32,000 bases of DNA, taken from assembly GCF_003044035.1 (NCBI RefSeq), contig NZ_NVQC01000010.1, positions 1 to 32,000 of the forward strand, written 5' to 3'. Numbering within the stretch: the stretch's first letter is position 1; every line of letters begins with the position of its first letter. Below, piece by piece: positions 10,323 to 18,159 of the stretch. The translations under genes and the position numbers were made by a program. This stretch comes from Candidatus Methylomirabilis limnetica. Its GTDB lineage: Bacteria > Methylomirabilota > Methylomirabilia > Methylomirabilales > Methylomirabilaceae. The notes under the pieces are model-generated. The model searched no databases, was not told the origin of the DNA, and worked only from the letters and a program-made list of their open reading frames with translations.

Positions 10323-11960
10323 ATGGCTGTGAGCGTTGTGACGGCGAGCCAGATGCGTCAGCTTGATCGACGTGCGACGGAGGAGTACGGCATCCCGTCA
10401 TTGCTGCTGATGGAAAACGCCGGACTTCAGGCGGTCCTGGAGCTGGAGCGCGCGTTCCCGCACCTGACGCGAAGCCGCGTGGCCATAGTCTGTGGCAGGG
10501 GTAATAACGGCGGCGATGGCTTGGTTGTGGCGCGTCACCTCTTCAATCGCGGGATCATGGTCGAGGTGTTTCTGCTGGCTCGACAGACGGAGATCAAGGG
10601 GGATGCCAGGACGAATCTCGAAATTATTCGAAAATCAGGTGCGCCGATCTATGAAGTGACTACCAGCCAGGAACTCGAGGCGATAGGAGAGGCGATCGAA
10701 CGAGCCGATGTCGTTGTGGACGCCATCCTGGGAACCGGGACGATCGGACCCGCAAAAGGTCTCTTCGAAGAAGCTATCGAGCTGCTCAATCGGTTTGGCA
10801 AGTCGATCGTGGCCCTCGACATCCCCTCCGGCCTGAATAGCGATGAAGGGGTCATCCCATACCCTAGCATCAACGCGGTCCTTACCGTCACCTTCGGTCT
10901 GCCGAAGCGATGTCTGATCCTCTATCCGGCGGCCTCTTGTGCCGGTCGGGTCGTAACGGTGGACATCGGTCTGCCAAGGCAACTGCTCACCGATCCGATT
11001 CTCGATGTCTCGCTCGTACAGGCTGAGGATCTGGTGGGCGTGCTTCCGCCCCGCGACCCGAATGCCCACAAAGGGACCTATGGTCACGTCCTGGTCCTGG
11101 CCGGCTCGCCCGGCAAGACCGGTGCAGCGGCGATGTGCGCGCTCTCAGCGCTTCGAATCGGCGCGGGGTTAGTGACGCTTGCGTTGCCGGAGAGTCTGAA
11201 CGACGCCATCGAGGCAAAGCTCACGGAGGTGATGAGCGAGCCGCTCCCTGAGACGAGGGAGCGTACAGTTGCCCACGCCGCGCTGGAAAGGGTCCTGGAG
11301 CTGATGCAGGGCAAGCGGGTTATCGCGATCGGTCCCGGCCTGTCGATCCATCCAGAGACTGCCGAACTGGTCCGGGCAGTCGTGAAGACCGCCAAGACGC
11401 AGATCGTGGTAGATGCCGATGGAATCAATGCCCTTGGACCGAATCTGGACATGCTACGCGATGTCTCACTCCCGCCGATCCTAACCCCCCACCCTGGAGA
11501 GCTCGCCCGTCTGCTCGGCATCGATCGGGATGAGGTGGTCCGGCACCGGATTCCAATCGCGCAAAAGGTCGCAACGAGTTTCGGCGTTCACCTGGTGTTG
11601 AAGGGCGCCCGTACCCTGATTGCGAATCCGGAAGGGCAGGTGGCGATCAACATGACGGGGAACCCCGGCATGGCGACCGGTGGGACCGGTGACGTGCTGA
11701 CTGGTCTGATCAGTGGCCTCCTCGCTCAAGGGGTGAGTGCCGGGCTCGCAGTCAAGGCCGCGGTCTACCTCCACGGCTTGGCCGGGGACCTTGCGGCCGA
11801 GGCGGTTGGCCAGGAGGCGATGGTGGCCTCGGATCTGATGACACAGATCCCGAAGGCCATTCGACAACTGAAGTCCCACGCTACTTCCCTCACTTCCACC
11901 AAATCCCCCCATCCCCCCTTTGCCAAAGGGGGGTACGGGGAGATTTTCGGTAGAGGGTGA
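10323..11960 (+). CDS. nnr: Bifunctional NAD(P)H-hydrate repair enzyme (epimerase / ADP-dependent dehydratase)
   Basis: YjeF_N domain (CGRGNNGGDG), then the carbohydrate-kinase-like domain (HKGTYGHVLVLAGS, GNPGMATGGTGDVLTG). The last roughly 25 codons are encoded by a G/C-tract repeat element. Confidence 0.88.
   Translation: MAVSVVTASQMRQLDRRATEEYGIPSLLLMENAGLQAVLELERAFPHLTRSRVAIVCGRGNNGGDGLVVARHLFNRGIMVEVFLLARQTEIKGDARTNLEIIRKSGAPIYEVTTSQELEAIGEAIERADVVVDAILGTGTIGPAKGLFEEAIELLNRFGKSIVALDIPSGLNSDEGVIPYPSINAVLTVTFGLPKRCLILYPAASCAGRVVTVDIGLPRQLLTDPILDVSLVQAEDLVGVLPPRDPNAHKGTYGHVLVLAGSPGKTGAAAMCALSALRIGAGLVTLALPESLNDAIEAKLTEVMSEPLPETRERTVAHAALERVLELMQGKRVIAIGPGLSIHPETAELVRAVVKTAKTQIVVDADGINALGPNLDMLRDVSLPPILTPHPGELARLLGIDRDEVVRHRIPIAQKVATSFGVHLVLKGARTLIANPEGQVAINMTGNPGMATGGTGDVLTGLISGLLAQGVSAGLAVKAAVYLHGLAGDLAAEAVGQEAMVASDLMTQIPKAIRQLKSHATSLTSTKSPHPPFAKGGYGEIFGRG
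11901..11947. repeat. E-type nested hairpin inside the 3' end of nnr
   Basis: AAATCCCCCCAT-CCCCCCTTT-GCC-AAAGGGGGG-TACGGGGAGATTT. Translated as KSPHPPFAKGGYGEIF within the nnr ORF. Confidence 0.8.
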
Positions 11961-12436
11961 CCGTGAGCCTGTATCACTCTACCTCACCCGAGCAGACGCG
12001 CGCGCTAGGAGAGGCAGTGGGCAGGCTTGCCGATGCGGGCGACTTGATCGCCCTCACCGGTGAAATCGGAGCCGGGAAAACCCTCTTCGTAGGGGGGCTG
12101 GCCCGCGGGCTTGGCGTAGACCCGGCGACTTATGTGAGCAGTCCGACCTTCACCATCATGCACCGATACGGTGGCCGCCTTCCCCTCTACCATATCGACC
12201 TGTACCGCATCGAGACCCCGGAGGCCTTTGCGAGCTTGGGGCTCGATGAGTATCTGGCAGGGGATGGTGTGGCCGCGATCGAGTGGGCCGAGCATGGCTG
12301 GGGGTGCTTGCCGAAGGAGATGCTAACGTTTAGACTTCGGTATACCGGGTCGGATACGCGAACAATCGAGATCGTTCCGGAGGGCGATCGATACATGCGA
12401 TTGGTCCAGGCGCTGACACGCGATTTACTAGTGTAG
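11957..12436 (+). CDS. tsaE: tRNA t6A37 biosynthesis ATPase TsaE
   Basis: P-loop GEIGAGKT, SPTFTIMHRY, YHIDLYR. The GTG start overlaps the nnr stop (GTGA). Confidence 0.85.
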   Translation: MTVSLYHSTSPEQTRALGEAVGRLADAGDLIALTGEIGAGKTLFVGGLARGLGVDPATYVSSPTFTIMHRYGGRLPLYHIDLYRIETPEAFASLGLDEYLAGDGVAAIEWAEHGWGCLPKEMLTFRLRYTGSDTRTIEIVPEGDRYMRLVQALTRDLLV

Positions 12437-12446
12437 TGTTTCATAA

Positions 12447-12713
12447 ATTAATCGTAACTATTCAGGTGTTTAGGCTGAAGGCTGAAGGCTCTGAATTATT
12501 ACTCAGAGTAGAAAATAGCTTACCCCCCTTTCGTAAAGGGGGAAGCCCTCTGTGTCGAAGCGTGTGGGCTTCTTGCCCAATGAGGAGTCATCTCTGATAG
12601 AACTAAAGGTTGTAGAACCCGAGAAGGTGTTGAATGGCGTGATTCGTGCCTTGCGAGATAATGTAGAGCCTTCAGCCTTCAGCCTTCAGCCTACACGCCT
12701 AAGCAGTTACATT
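12447..12713 (+). repeat. S-cassette copy 2 (longer, carries a nested G/C-tract hairpin)
   Basis: Left arm GTAACTATTCAGGTGTTTAGGCTGAAGGCTGAAGGC (12454-12489). Right arm GCCTTCAGCCTTCAGCCTTCAGCCTACACGCCTAAGCAGTTAC (12668-12710). The arms pair at 30 of 36 positions by hand alignment. Confidence 0.8.
12523..12542. repeat. E-type inner hairpin nested in S-cassette 2
   Basis: CCCCCCTTTCGTAAAGGGGG. Confidence 0.7.
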
Positions 12714-12715
12714 CT

Positions 12716-13984
12716 ATGATTCCCCGTCAGGTGGTGGCCTGGACCCTGTACGATTTTGCGAACTCATCGTTTGCTGCGGTCATCGCGGCGACCATCTATG
12801 CGACCTACTATGCCCAGGTCGTCGTCGGCAACGTCCATGGGGAGGGTGACCTGTGGTGGGGACGACTGATCTCCACCGCTATGGCCATCGTGGCACTGGC
12901 CTCCCCTGTCTTGGGGGCTGTTGCCGATCGGGCCGGGATCCGCAAGCGCCTCCTCTTTGCCGCAACCTACCTGAGCGTCGGCGCTACTGCATTGATGGCG
13001 ACCGTGGAGCAGGGGATGGTTCTCTGGGGATTCGTGCTTGGCGTCCTCGGCATAGTGGGATATGAAGGGGCGATAGTCTTCTATAACGCCTATCTCCCGG
13101 ACATTGCGTCTCGGGAGTGGCAGGGGCGCATCTCGGCCTACGGCTTTGCGGTCGGCTACGCCGGATCGATTGCGGCCCTCCTTATCGCCCTCCCATTCGC
13201 GCGGGTGGGTGCTCTCGGATGGTGCTTCCTATCCACCGCGGCGCTCTTCGGGCTCTTCGCCATTCCCACATTCCTGGTCCTTCCACAGGATCGGCCAAGC
13301 CATGTCGGGGTTATTGAAGCGGTCCGCGAGAGCGTTCGGGGTACAGTACGGACCTTCCGAGATGTTCTCGCGTTGCGTGAGCTACGGCGGTTCCTCGGGG
13401 CGTATCTGTTGTACGAGGATGGCGTGAACACGGTGATATTCTTTTCCTCTATCTTCGCGGCCAGGACGCTTGGCTTTGGGATGGTGCAGTTGATCGGCTT
13501 GTACGTCCTCGTCCAGGTCATGGCGTTGGTCGGGGCCTTCCTGTGGGGGAAGCCCACTGATCGCCTTGGCCCGAAGGCAGTCGTGCTCTGCATGCTGGTG
13601 CTCTGGATCGGCGTGGTGATCGCTGCCTACCTGGTCGAGTCGCAGCGGCAGTTCTACCTCCTTGCCGCCGTCGCTGGGTCTGGTCTCGGCGCCATACAAG
13701 CCGCCAGCCGAACCTTTATGGTCACGCTGATCCCGAAGGGGCGAGAGGGGGAGTTTTTTGGATGCTACGCCATCTGCGGGAAGACAGCCTCCATCCTTGG
13801 ACCGCTCGTCTTCGGCGCGGTGTCATATACCATGGCAGGTAACCAGCGGGCGGCGATCCTTGTCGTCGGGCTATTTTTCGTCATGGGTCTGATCCTCCTG
13901 TCGCGTGTACGGGCCGGGGGACCTACGCGTGCAGCGTCTGCAGCGTCTGTTGCGTATGGGCGCAATGACGCAATGACTCAATAG
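12716..13984 (+). CDS. MFS transporter, UMF1/Atg22-like family
   Basis: About 12 predicted hydrophobic segments. The N-terminus AWTLYDFANSSFAAVI is typical of the UMF1 family. No Shine-Dalgarno sequence is visible, and the ATG sits 3 nt after the repeat-cassette end. Confidence 0.75.
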   Translation: MIPRQVVAWTLYDFANSSFAAVIAATIYATYYAQVVVGNVHGEGDLWWGRLISTAMAIVALASPVLGAVADRAGIRKRLLFAATYLSVGATALMATVEQGMVLWGFVLGVLGIVGYEGAIVFYNAYLPDIASREWQGRISAYGFAVGYAGSIAALLIALPFARVGALGWCFLSTAALFGLFAIPTFLVLPQDRPSHVGVIEAVRESVRGTVRTFRDVLALRELRRFLGAYLLYEDGVNTVIFFSSIFAARTLGFGMVQLIGLYVLVQVMALVGAFLWGKPTDRLGPKAVVLCMLVLWIGVVIAAYLVESQRQFYLLAAVAGSGLGAIQAASRTFMVTLIPKGREGEFFGCYAICGKTASILGPLVFGAVSYTMAGNQRAAILVVGLFFVMGLILLSRVRAGGPTRAASAASVAYGRNDAMTQ

Positions 13985-13985
13985 G
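13929..13985. repeat. R-array 5: reverse units (GTGCAGC, GTCTGCAGC, GTCTGTTGC, GTATGGGC) then forward units (GCAATGAC, GCAATGAC, TCAATAGG)
   Basis: Read directly. Forms the last 18 codons and the stop of the MFS ORF. The two halves can form an imperfect hairpin. Confidence 0.7.
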
Positions 13986-13996
13986 CGGAATTTGCT

Positions 13997-14704
13997 ATGC
14001 TGGTAATGGGGATAGACACGTCGACAACGCAGGGAGGGGTGGCCCTCTTATCAGGGCAGGGCGTGATCTGTGAATATACGCTGAATATCAAGGCGACCTA
14101 TAGCGAGCGACTGCTGCCTTTGATTGATCGGGCCTTACAGGATGCCGGGATCACCTTGGGCCAAGTCGAAGGTTTCGCCGTAGCTGTTGGGCCAGGCTCC
14201 TTCACAGGCTTGCGAATCGGCCTGAGTACCGCCAAAGGTCTGGCGGTTGTCGGTGGTCAACCGCTTGTCGGCGTATCGACCCTTGAAGCAATGGCATGGA
14301 CGCTCCCGTTCTGCACTCACCAGGTGTGCCCCATCCTCGATGCCAGGAAAGGTGAAATCTACAGTGCGCTGTTCCGTCATGAGGGGGATCGGTTGATCCG
14401 TCTGATGGACGATGCCGCTATCGCGCCAGACATCCTGTTGAGGCGCATCCAACAGCCAACCGTGTTCCTGGGCGATGGATTGGTAGTCTACGAAGGCTTG
14501 GTGCAATCCCAACTGAAGGAGCTGGCGTTCTTCCCTCCCCTTGCGGGGCGCGGAGGACGTCCTGCCGCTGTGGCGGAACTCGGACGTCGCCGTCTCCTAC
14601 GTGGCGACCGGGATGATCTCGTACAACTGGCCCCCCAGTACCTGCGGCCATCCGAGGCGGAGTTCAAACGCCTTGACAAATTCACCCCGGTGGGTTCATC
14701 GTAG
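13997..14704 (+). CDS. tsaB: tRNA t6A37 biosynthesis protein TsaB
   Basis: GIDTSTTQGGVALL N-terminus, VGPGSFTGLRIG, YeaZ-like fold length. Confidence 0.85.
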   Translation: MLVMGIDTSTTQGGVALLSGQGVICEYTLNIKATYSERLLPLIDRALQDAGITLGQVEGFAVAVGPGSFTGLRIGLSTAKGLAVVGGQPLVGVSTLEAMAWTLPFCTHQVCPILDARKGEIYSALFRHEGDRLIRLMDDAAIAPDILLRRIQQPTVFLGDGLVVYEGLVQSQLKELAFFPPLAGRGGRPAAVAELGRRRLLRGDRDDLVQLAPQYLRPSEAEFKRLDKFTPVGSS

Positions 14705-14722
14705 CGAGAGGCGGGTCTAAGT

Positions 14723-14751
14723 GTAGGGGCAACCCCTTGTGGTTGCCCTGC
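14723..14751. repeat. REP-like hairpin GTAGGGGCAACCCCTTGTGGTTGCCCTGC
   Basis: 8 bp stem GGGCAACC/GGTTGCCC, between tsaB and rimI. Same GTAGGGGC head as the element at 29837. Confidence 0.6.
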
Positions 14752-14798
14752 ATCCCAGGTGGGGACATTGGAGTGGGGCACAGATCCACTGGATACTG

Positions 14799-15272
14799 AT
14801 GAGCAAGACGAGACTTTCAGTTACGTGCCATTCGATGCGCAGGGAAGATCTGCCGGAGGTGCTGGTGATTGAGAGCCTCTCGTTCGCCGAACCGTGGACC
14901 GAGGAGATGTTCTTGCAGGAGTTTACCTCCGAGGGGATAGCCGAGCCGCTCGTGGCAAGGGTGGATGAAGGTTCGGGAGAGCGGATAGTGGGCTTCCTGT
15001 GCGCGTGGATCGTCAGCGGGGAACTGCATATTAACAATATCGGGGTGCATCCGAGCTATCGACGACGCGGGGTCGCCGCTCAACTGCTGGAAGGGATGCT
15101 TGGTCGAGCCTATGCCAAGGGTGTCACAGTAAGCTACTTGGAGGTGAGGGAGTCGAACGAGGCGGCTGCTGCGCTGTACAAATGTTACGGCTATCATCCG
15201 ATCGGCCGCCGCCGCAACTACTACGATCACCCACAGGAAGATGCCATCATGATGCGCAAGGCGCTGCTCTGA
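14799..15272 (+). CDS. rimI: Ribosomal-protein-alanine N-acetyltransferase (GNAT)
   Basis: GNAT motif A (IGVHPSYRRRGVAAQLL). Its position directly after tsaB is as in many bacteria. The start is uncertain (ATG 14799 or 14835), and the ORF-track start 14739 lies in a REP-like hairpin. Confidence 0.75.
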   Translation: MSKTRLSVTCHSMRREDLPEVLVIESLSFAEPWTEEMFLQEFTSEGIAEPLVARVDEGSGERIVGFLCAWIVSGELHINNIGVHPSYRRRGVAAQLLEGMLGRAYAKGVTVSYLEVRESNEAAAALYKCYGYHPIGRRRNYYDHPQEDAIMMRKALL

Positions 15273-15366
15273 CTTTACGGGGGCGAGGCGTGATAGGCTA
15301 TAGTGGTCAGATAAAAGGGGAGTAGGCTGATCGCTGAATGCTATTATTTAAGGAACACTCCATCGG

Positions 15367-15393
15367 CCAGGGCCGCACCACGGTGCACGAAAA
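15367..15393. repeat. Short palindromic module CCAGGGCCGCACCACGGTGCACGAAA
   Basis: A second copy, CCAGACCGCACCACGGCGCACGAAA, lies at 31958-31982. Both are followed by a C-tract (E-type) element and both lie just 3' of an operon end. Confidence 0.65.
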
Positions 15394-15435
15394 CCCCCTC
15401 AATCCCCCTTTACGAAAGGGGGGTCAGGGGGGTTT
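15390..15435. repeat. E-type nested hairpin
   Basis: AAAACCCCCTCAAT-CCCCCTTT-ACG-AAAGGGGGG-TCAGGGGGGTTT. Located downstream of rimI. Confidence 0.8.
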
Positions 15436-15442
15436 ATCTGAA

Positions 15443-15470
15443 GCTGACGTCTGAGCGCTGACGTCTGAGC
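15443..15470 (+). repeat. Perfect tandem duplication of a 14 nt unit GCTGACGTCTGAGC
   Basis: Read directly. Related GCTGA-heptad strings occur at 15323-15346 and 29905-29925. Confidence 0.7.
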
Positions 15471-15495
15471 GCTATTCTTCAAGGAGGGAGTAAAA

Positions 15496-15675
15496 ATGAT
15501 CGATAAGGAACTGCTTGAAATATTGGCGTGCCCCGCATGCAAGGCCGAGGTGGTGTTGGACGAGCCGGCATCCAGGATCGTCTGTACCGCCTGCGGGCGA
15601 CGCTATCCTGTTCGGGACGGCATCCCGGTCATGCTGATCGACGAGGCGGAAGCTGGACCGCCGGCGAAGAAATAG
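15496..15675 (+). CDS. Trm112/UPF0434 family small zinc-ribbon-like protein (59 aa)
   Basis: Not in the ORF track because it is under 60 aa. Sequence: MIDKELLEILACPACKAEVVLDEPASRIVCTACGRRYPVRDGIPVMLIDEAEAGPPAKK. It has the canonical LLEILxCPxC...YPxxDGIPVML pattern and a strong RBS (AAGGAGGGAG) 6-7 nt upstream. Confidence 0.8.
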   Translation: MIDKELLEILACPACKAEVVLDEPASRIVCTACGRRYPVRDGIPVMLIDEAEAGPPAKK

Positions 15676-15682
15676 GACGAAC

Positions 15683-17131
15683 ATGGCGTCCAAGGTAAGG
15701 GTCAGATTCGCGCCAAGCCCAACGGGGTTTCTGCACGTCGGTGGGGCCAGGACCGCGCTGTATAACTGGTTATTCGCCCGCCATGAGAATGGAGTCTTCA
15801 TCCTTCGGATAGAAGACACCGATGTCGAACGGTCTACGGATGAATCGGTGACGACGATCCTCGATTCGTTGCGCTGGCTCGGCCTGGACTGGGATGAGGG
15901 TCCAGAGGTGGGCGGACCGGCTGGACCGTACCGGCAGGCTGAGCGCCTGACGCTGTACCAGGAGCATGCCCGGAAACTCCTGGATGAAGGGAAGGCCTAT
16001 TACTGTACCTGTACGCCGGAAGAGCTGGAAGGCAGACGCAAGGCGGCGCTTGCTGCCGGGACCTCCCCGAAGTACGACGGCCGCTGCCGTGCGCGCGGAA
16101 ACGATCTGGCGGGAGTGGGCGGAAGAGGCGCCGCCGTCCGTCTGCTGGTTCGGGACGAGGGGAGCATTGAGATTGCGGACCTCGTTCACGGTCCTATTCG
16201 CTTCGAGCGTGCCGATCTGGACGACTTCATCCTCCTTCGCTCCGACGGGATGCCAACGTATAACTTCGCTGTAGTGATAGACGATGTGCTGATGGACATT
16301 ACGCACGTGATCAGGGGCGACGACCATATTTCCAATACGCCACGTCAGATCATGCTCTACGAGGCGATGGGTCTCCCTGTCCCATACTTCGCCCATATCC
16401 CCATGATTCTAGGGTCGGATCGCTCGCGTCTTTCAAAGCGGCATGGCGCTACGTCGGTCTTGGCCTACCAGCAGATGGGTTACCTGCCTGAGGCGATGGT
16501 GAACTACCTGGTACGGCTTGGTTGGTCCCACGGCGATCAGGAGATCTTCAGTCAGGAAGAGCTGGTCAGGCACTTCAGCCTCGAGAAGGTGGGCAAGACC
16601 CCCGCAGTCTTCGATCCGGTCAAGCTCGAGTGGCTGAATGGCCAGTACATCAAGCATATCGCCCCTGATCGGCTGACGGCGTTGCTGAGGCCCTTCTGGG
16701 AGGCGGCCGGCGTGAGTCAGCAAGAGCTGTTCCAGGGGGACGAAGCCTGGTTGCATCGGGTGGCCTGCCTCTTTCAGGAGCGGGCCAGGACCGTGACGGA
16801 GCTCGCATCCTCGTCCAGGTTCGTGTTCACCGGGAAGATAGAGCGCGACAAGGCAGTAGCCATGAAGGTTCTGTCAAACGAGGCGAAGGCCAGGATTCGC
16901 GCGCTCTTGCCGGAGATCGAGGCGCTGCCGACCTTTACTGCGGCAACCCTGGAGTCGCTGTTCCGGATGAGGGCAGAGGCCCTTGGTCTGAAACTGGTCG
17001 ACCTGGCCCAGCCCTTCAGGGTTGGGCTGTCCGGGAAAAGCGTCAGTCCCCCCATCTTTCCGATTATGGAGTTGATGGGATGGGAGGCAGCGCGACGTCG
17101 GGTAGAAGAAGCACTGGAGGAGGAAGGATGA
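15683..17131 (+). CDS. gltX: Glutamate--tRNA ligase
   Basis: RFAPSPTGFLHVGGARTAL (HIGH region), KLSKRHG-type motif (RLSKRHG), class I GluRS architecture. Confidence 0.92.
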   Translation: MASKVRVRFAPSPTGFLHVGGARTALYNWLFARHENGVFILRIEDTDVERSTDESVTTILDSLRWLGLDWDEGPEVGGPAGPYRQAERLTLYQEHARKLLDEGKAYYCTCTPEELEGRRKAALAAGTSPKYDGRCRARGNDLAGVGGRGAAVRLLVRDEGSIEIADLVHGPIRFERADLDDFILLRSDGMPTYNFAVVIDDVLMDITHVIRGDDHISNTPRQIMLYEAMGLPVPYFAHIPMILGSDRSRLSKRHGATSVLAYQQMGYLPEAMVNYLVRLGWSHGDQEIFSQEELVRHFSLEKVGKTPAVFDPVKLEWLNGQYIKHIAPDRLTALLRPFWEAAGVSQQELFQGDEAWLHRVACLFQERARTVTELASSSRFVFTGKIERDKAVAMKVLSNEAKARIRALLPEIEALPTFTAATLESLFRMRAEALGLKLVDLAQPFRVGLSGKSVSPPIFPIMELMGWEAARRRVEEALEEEG

Positions 17132-17628
17132 AGATCGATGCATTGCTTGATGGGCTTCGAGCAGAGTTCAATAAGCTCGATCGGGAGTTCAAGGTAGATA
17201 TCCCGAAGAAGATCCAGACTGCCAGAGAGTTGGGCGATCTTAGTGAGAGCGGTGAGTACGAAACGATCAAGGACCGGCAGGGTTTTGTCAAGGCCCGGAT
17301 GATCTTTCTACAACAGCGGATATCAGAGATCAGCAAGATCGACCTGAGAGCGGTCCCGAAGGACCGCGTCGCCCTGGGCAGCACCGTGCATCTTGTGGAC
17401 GAAGATAGTGGGGAGGAAAGTGTTTACACTCTGGTCTTTCCAGAGCTGATGGATAGCAAGCGTGGCTGGATTTCGGTTGCCTCCCCGGTTGGACGAAGCC
17501 TCATCGGTAAACAGGTCGGCGATCGGGTCGTGATGAATATGCCAAGCGGGACCAAGGCTTTTGAAATGATGAGCTTTCAGACGCTGCACGAGAGCCTACA
17601 AAGCAACCCCGACGGGACGGGCTCCTGA
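17128..17628 (+). CDS. greA: GreA/GreB-family transcript cleavage factor
   Basis: Coiled-coil tip motif ARELGDLSESGEYETIKDRQGF retains the acidic D and E. C-terminal domain VASPVGRSLIGKQVGDRVVMNMPSG. The ATG overlaps the gltX stop (ATGA) with a GGAGGAGGAAGG RBS. Confidence 0.8.
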   Translation: MKIDALLDGLRAEFNKLDREFKVDIPKKIQTARELGDLSESGEYETIKDRQGFVKARMIFLQQRISEISKIDLRAVPKDRVALGSTVHLVDEDSGEESVYTLVFPELMDSKRGWISVASPVGRSLIGKQVGDRVVMNMPSGTKAFEMMSFQTLHESLQSNPDGTGS

Positions 17629-17652
17629 CACTACATCCACTCCCTTATCCAA

Positions 17653-17800
17653 CCCTCCCCCCTCGGGTGGGGTGGGGGACTTTCGAGGCAATCTCACGTA
17701 ATTCTTCAGTTGCGGGTGGAAAATCTCCCCTAACCCCTCTTTTCCAAAGAGGGGGACTAACCGTTTCCCCCTTTTAAAAAGGGGGATTAAGGGGGATTTT
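17653..17800. repeat. Cluster of three E-type hairpin units
   Basis: CCCTCCCCCCTCGGGTGGGGTGGGGG; AAAATCTCCCCTAACCCCTCTTTTCCAAAGAGGGGG; CCCCCTTTTAAAAAGGGGGATTAAGGGGGATTTT. Located downstream of greA. Confidence 0.8.
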
Positions 17801-17904
17801 ATAAACAAATATCACATTTTATTCAATGATTTCCCACACTCACTGAAGGATTACAATCTCGCTGTTTTTCACCTTGACTTTTCTCGGCTGTTCCTCCATA
17901 TTCT

Positions 17905-17941
17905 GAACGTCCAAAGGGAGCCCCTTTGGACGTTCATTTTT
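17905..17941 (+). terminator. Rho-independent terminator-like hairpin
   Basis: Perfect 14 bp stem GAACGTCCAAAGGG / CCCTTTGGACGTTC with a 3 nt loop, followed by ATTTTT. No T-run on the opposite strand. Confidence 0.6.
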
Positions 17942-17943
17942 GG

Positions 17944-18017
17944 TGGGGGGTCGTCCAATGGTAGGACAGCAGACTCTGAATCTGCTTATCGAGGTTCGAA
18001 TCCTTGCCCCCCAGCCA
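17944..18017 (+). tRNA. tRNA-Gln (anticodon CUG)
   Basis: Hand-folded cloverleaf. Acceptor TGGGGGG/CCCCCCA, D arm GTCC-AATGGTA-GGAC, anticodon arm GCAGA-CTCTGAA-TCTGC, T arm CGAGG-TTCGAAT-CCTTG, discriminator G, encoded CCA. U1-A72 and G73 fit bacterial tRNA-Gln. Confidence 0.9.
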
Positions 18018-18159
18018 CTCGTTCACAGCCGTTGCCGCTGTACTGACGCTAGCGCCTTTAACCGGCCATAGTCATACTCGAAGAACCACAGCCCCTACTC
18101 CGCGGCCTTCAGCGCAAGCTCCGTATACTTTTCGCACTCCCATTCATGGAAAATGATTC

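Noticed and set aside
12635-12650. Sigma54-like -24/-12 string TGGCGTGATTCGTGCC upstream of the MFS gene
   Set aside because: GG-N10-GC spacing is correct, but four other consensus positions mismatch. The homologous positions in the other two cassette copies lack the GG or GC. This is kept only as a note within a finding.
15472-15819. 115-aa minus-strand ORF
   Set aside because: It overlaps the Trm112-like gene and the gltX start on the opposite strand, and it has no RBS or motifs.
17596-17808. 70-aa ORF (also 4346-4531, and parts of 9636-10211 and 11765-11977) containing PLFKRG / PPFAKGG-type peptides
   Set aside because: These are literal translations of the E-type G/C-tract hairpin repeats in intergenic DNA, not genes.
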